From: Candidatus Omnitrophota bacterium | GTDB taxonomy: Bacteria > Omnitrophota > Gorgyraeia > Zapsychrales > Fredricksoniimonadaceae | Assembly: GCA_015233675.1 (NCBI GenBank) | Contig: JADFXH010000005.1 | Coordinates: 16,964-80,963, forward strand | DNA: 64,000 nucleotides | Direction of reading: 5' to 3' | Part shown: piece after piece, positions 56,101 to 62,100 of the stretch | Layout of the letters: each line of letters opens with the position of its first letter | How positions within the stretch are numbered: the stretch's first letter is position 1 | The notes under the pieces: model-generated | Seen by the model: the letters and a program-made list of their open reading frames with translations, nothing else | Database searches by the model: none | Told to the model about the DNA's origin: nothing | Translations under genes and position numbers: made by a program

Positions 56101-59100
56101 TGGCAGATCACTGGATGATTTAAAAGCTGCTATTAACTCAAAGGCATTTGAAGCGATCAAAGATGCGGACAAACAGGCCATTAATAATCGTATTGATAAT
56201 ATCGTGAATCTGGATCAAACAAATAGCGAGGCTCTTAAGGTTTATCAAGGCTCATTAATTCAAGGGAAATTAGACAATGCGTATCAGCTGCTTTTGAATG
56301 CGCAGAAGATGAAAGGGCAGAAAGGTCTTCAGTCTGCGGCAGAAGCGATTTATGGGATATTAGGACAGGTTGAAGAAGAGACAGCGAAAGTAGACAGCGA
56401 TATGTCGATCGGCAAGATGATCGTGCAGATCTCCGGCGCGTTGCAGACGGTGAGCAGTGATCAATTTGATTCCAAGGGGCTTAAATCAAGTATTCTTATC
56501 CCTGCCTTAGCGCAAGACGGGGACATCTCGGAGGGTCGCGTGACTTTAGGATTTAACGGATTTAGCGCCGCCTTCAATACACATTTGACCAAAGATTTGG
56601 GGTATACGCAGGAGCAAGCAGCTCAGATCGCGGCTATATTAAAACAGGATCTGATAAGCGAGACACCGGATGGTTATTTGAAACAGCTGCAGTCATTAGG
56701 TGACAACAAGGCCATGCATGAGAAATTGAGCAACGATATTAAGGGTTACTACAATACCCCGATTGCCAGCAGCTTTGATTTAACTTCTTTAGGGATCGCA
56801 ATTGGCCAAGACACAACGAGTATTCAGACTTACAAGAATTATGATCTAATGTCCCACGAATGGCCGCTTTTGACGCCATCTGTTATTAAAGCCGCTGGGG
56901 CCTATTGGGCAAGTCTTGACAAGCAGATAGCGGCGATTGATAAGGATGTAGCCGCAGGAACGTTAAGTCCGGCGGCAATCGTCGAGTACACGAAAGTCCG
57001 CAACAGCCTCTCGACAATAGAGAGCGTCTCCAAGACAGAGGTTGATCTTGACAGTCAACTATATAACCACACTAGTCAGGAAAACGGATTGCTTAAGGTG
57101 ATCAATCGCAAAATAGCAGACACCCAACAAGATGAAGACGCAAAGACAGCCGAGCTTAACGCATTAACAGCGATGAACAATCTTCAAGATCAGCATTTAT
57201 TATATACGCCAAAGGTTCAAGTCTCGGTGAAGCAGGCAATTGACTTAAATTTGAATAACGCCAATTTTGATATTAACACCTTCTTTAGTCGAACAGGGTT
57301 TGGCCTTGATCCGTTACGCAGCATGCTTGACGAGACGAAGAATTTAATGGCCGCCAACCGCAGCAAGCAAAACGATGCGGACACGCTAAAAGGACTTCGA
57401 AAGGTTTATGAGCAGGAGCAAAGGGAATTTACGAATAATATGACGGCGCTGAATACGAAGTTCGCTGATGCCCAGAAAGAAAGAGCTATTTTAAAGGGCG
57501 AATTGACAACCGCGATTGTTAAATCAACGATGGATGACAAATCAAAGCATGATGGTATCCAGGCGCTTGAAGAGTTTTTTGCCGCTAACCGCGGACCAAG
57601 CGCGGGGCTACTGGTTGCGGGCAACAGCGTTTACACGGCGCAAGGCCGTGTAGAGCTTGTGGCTCCATATGCGGGCAAGATTACGGGGAGCAAGTTAGAA
57701 TCTGATGGTAATCAGTATTACTTTACGACAGATGAAGGTCGCAAAGTGACGTATATTGCCGGGACGTATACTGTTAATGCGCCGGGCGCATTCCAGAACA
57801 GTTTTGGTCTTGTCAGTATTGATGAACAGTTAGCTAAAAATTTAATGAGCAACACTAATATAGGGTATGTAGCCGGCGACAAATTTGAGAAACGGCCGGA
57901 CGGCACCTTCAATGATCTCAAGCAAAAGTATTATTTGGTAGTGGAGTCAGTTGGATATAGTACGGACCATGCGTATTTTGGAGTAGTGGGCCTGATTAAG
58001 GCCAATATGCAAGACAAGGACAATACGGTCAAGGCATTAAGCGGAGTGGTTGATTTGGATTTAACGGCGGACCACAAGAACAAGCTTATTATGGAAGCGG
58101 GCATAGCCAATGCCAATGCCTCAAAGAACAGTCCGTATACCATTTATGACATGTTAACCAACCAAGCGATATTCACACAGAGCGTAGCGTTATCTGCCGA
58201 TGATATGAACAGTTATCAGAAGGTAGAGATTCTGCATAACATCAATAAGAACTGGATGATGTATGTGGCGGGCAATCATGAAGAAGGCAAGAACAATATA
58301 ACAGGCAAATACAATGAGTCCTTCCTGTCGGCAGGGGTTGGTGCTGATTACGGGAAGGTCAAGTTTAATTTTGAAGCAGCGCCGGGCGCAAAACGCTATG
58401 GCAGCAAGATGACTTTTGGGCGTCTTTATTTATCTGCAGATGATATCCATAATACGACAGTCTTAAGCGGAAGCTATGATCTGGTCAAAGATAACGGTCA
58501 GGTAATTGAAGTGGGGGCCAAACGTGATGCCCAGCAAAACATCATCGGGTTTATCGGCTGGCGCAAAGAATACAAAGGGATGGACATCAGTGGCGGTGTT
58601 ACGAGCAAGGGCGCGCCGGAGCTTAGTGTCTCTAAACAAATCGCGGGCAGTAACGCTAAGGCTAAGGTCAAGGGGCTGGTAGAAGTGCCTGTTAATATGG
58701 GGCCAGAAGACAGATGGATGATTCCGGGCTTTGAGGATCTATCCAAAGAGCCGGGCCGGATGACCGAGAGCATGGAAGTTAATGGGGTCAGCGGTGAGCC
58801 GATAAAAGGCCTATTTGACCAGCAGGGCAATATAGTGATTCTTTCGAATGCATTGATCCAAAAGGATCTGGACATTCAGGCCAACGATTTTGTGAAATTA
58901 ATTTATCTCGATGGCAAAGGATTTACCGGTGCTGACAAGAACGCATTTGCAAATGCGGTTACACCGCGCGCCGTGACTGTCGGCAATGAGACCAGAACAA
59001 GATCAGCCATAACCCCGATCAAATGGATTACGGCACAAGACCTCGAGGCGGCGCATATTCAAAAAGATAATAACGGCCTGTATTGGTTCACTCTGGATGA

Positions 59101-62100
59101 CGGCCAAAAGGTATCTTTAGGCAGCGGCGAAACAATGATTATATTGCCGGGAGATACAGACAAAATAGGTCTTGGCCACAGCAGCTATCCTGTGGTCGTG
59201 GAGTTGACATATAAGGGGTTTTCAGAACAGATACCGGAACTTACACAATATATAAACGGAGTAAATGATGGCTTGTATGTTGCCAGGATCATGACTCCTG
59301 ACATGAAAAAGGGCACATTGGCGACTGCCGTGGCTCCCAAGGAGCTAGAAGAGTACCTGGCCCATAGCGAAGAAGATCTTGGTAAGATATCGCATTTTGA
59401 GCAAATAATAGTGCCAGTAGAAAAGTCAACAATTGCAGGTCTCGATTTAATGAACGTCAAGGGATCAGTTTTAAATCCTGATAATCCAAAGGGCATTTGG
59501 CAGGCAGTGGGGGGATCAACAACAAAAGTGCAGTTAAAACTGAACACCGACTTAGAGGGAATTCTCGCAAAGTACTCACAAGCAGATGCTCATAAAATCA
59601 TGTCTATGGTGCAGCAGTCCTATGGTTATGTGGCAGTTTATCCTGACGGACGACACGTTTCCGTTGAGTTTGCCGGAAAAGCCGGATTTGATGCATTAGG
59701 TTCTGCAATAAATGGTAATTGGTCCACAGTACCGATGAAGAATGGGACGGTATATGCCACGGAAGAAGAATTGATGAAGCTTTACAATGAAGGCAAGATA
59801 AAGTCTGTTGATGAAAAAGGCAATGGAAAATGGAAACTGATGACTGATCAGGGGGCGGTAGGGATATCGAAGGAGTTAATTAAAGAAGGGAAAGATTTTA
59901 AAGCAGGGACAGTTAAAAACGGATTTTACTTTAGGATCCTCAAACCCGGCCTTACAAGGGGCAAGTTAAACACCTATGTGAATGTTAATGGCTTAAGCCG
60001 GTATATGGCACGTAATCCCGCAGGGCTTAAAGGCGCGCATCTGGAGCAGTATACAGTGAAGCTAAATGGCAAAGCAATACCTGACGGCAAGGGCGGGTTC
60101 CAGCAAGCCTATCATATCGTCGGTATTTCTGAAAAGCCGGTGGCGGTGGAATTTGCCGGGCCAAAGGGTAAAGTTGGGTATGATGCGTTATGGGATATAA
60201 CCAAAGATTTATTTACTGTGAAGACAAGCGAAGGGACGATTTATATAAGCGCAAAAGAAATTGTCAACGGTCTTCATAACGGGACGTATAAATTTGCTCC
60301 TGTCAAAGGCAAGAAAGAACTGGTCTTAGAGACAAGGGATGGGATCAAAGTAGGCTGGCCCAGCAAGAAGAACGGGGATTCTAATTATCAGTATGTTTTG
60401 AGAACTGCCAACAACACTCCTATTAACACATTGTTTAGCATTCCTAACAAATTAGGCGGTGTGGATTTCATCACTGAGAAACAAGTTATCAATGGTATTG
60501 AGCATAATTTATTCTGGTTCGGAGAGAAGAATGCGCAGGGTAAACGTCCGTTGATGACGAAGGTAGTGATTAATGGGAAGACCAGGGAAATAAAAGTTGG
60601 CTGGCCGGCGGCAGGGGCTAATTTCTCGAGGGCCGGACGTGCGCAGTTGTCAGCATTCCTTAATAGTCATGTCATGTATGTTGCCGAGAATGGGCAGGCT
60701 AGGAGCAGGTTTATGACTCTCGCGGGGATAGCAAAGGATACAACGCATTGGGGAACGATACGCCACAATTTGGCAACACTGTTTAGCATGGATGTGAATG
60801 GTAAAACAGTGGCCTGGTATGGGATGAGCGAGGTCCCCGGAGTTTTCGAAAAAACAGAAAACGTAACAAATGTTAAGAGCAACACATTCATTTTGGATAT
60901 GCGCAACGGTCATGTTATTAAGACCCCGTCAAGCACATCCGTGAAGTCAGATTTATACTTTGTAAATAAGAAATTGATGGCGTATACGATCCGTGTGAAC
61001 AACCTGTTGAATGGGCAAGAATGGCAGGAGCGCCGTGTGATTGTTCCTCATGTTGGGGAACGCGTAAAGATCAAGATCGCCGATGGCCTTAAGACTATGT
61101 ATGAGTACGACGGATTCGGCCCGCTCGTTCCAACGCAGGTCACGACAACGTTAAATAACGACAATAACCCTGAGAAGATTTCGATATCAAATACCACTGC
61201 CGTGACATTGTTAGGCGTGCCGAATGACAAGCTGGCGGCAGTCAATAAATTTATCGAACAACTGAATAATTCGAAGAATATAAGCGTTGAGTCTGCGGCC
61301 AAGATGCTGGAGAAAGATCTAAAGGCTGTTAAGGGCAGTGATATGACGGGCACGTCGATGGCTCATGGCAGCGATTTTGATTTTAAGGCATACGCTAACA
61401 AGGTTCAAGGGCAGATTCAAGCCAAGTTCGGTCCGGACAATAGCAAGAAGGCCGAGGGCATCATCAATATCGTTCTGGGCAGGGTCTATAGCATGGCGCA
61501 GGATGTGAGGATCACGACAGATAATACTAATTATAAGACAGGGGTCAAGTGGAGCGAGACCAGGAATCTTCAGGGCCGGATATTAACAGCGCAATCCAGC
61601 GAGGGCGAGGTAACGGTTAATAATTATGAAGGGGTGATTGGCAAGGTATTGAACTTGGCGACATCTTCTGAAACCAAAGCTAACGGCAAATTGATTGACG
61701 AAAGTCATCTTGTTAGAGCTGACGGCACGCCCATCTCGAGCATTAATGATATCAATCTTCAGCGATCAGGCAATATATTTGGTTCGGACGGCAGCATTCG
61801 CTATCAGGGGATTAAACATTATTACGATGACAGTGACCTTCGTGTAAATTATCAAGGGGTTCAAAGCGGTGTAGGCCATGTAAAAGTTGCGCAGACAGGG
61901 CATACAGAGAATGGGAAGTTTGTAGCTACGCATAAAGTATACAGCTTCTATGATATGAGCAATCTTGGAATATACAATCTGGCCGAGTGGACAGTTTCAA
62001 CGACAATTATTAACGGGCGCGAAACCATCGACTCATATTCTAACGAAACCACCATAAAGAATGGCGGCATCTCAATAGGGACTAAACAAGGCATTGCTGA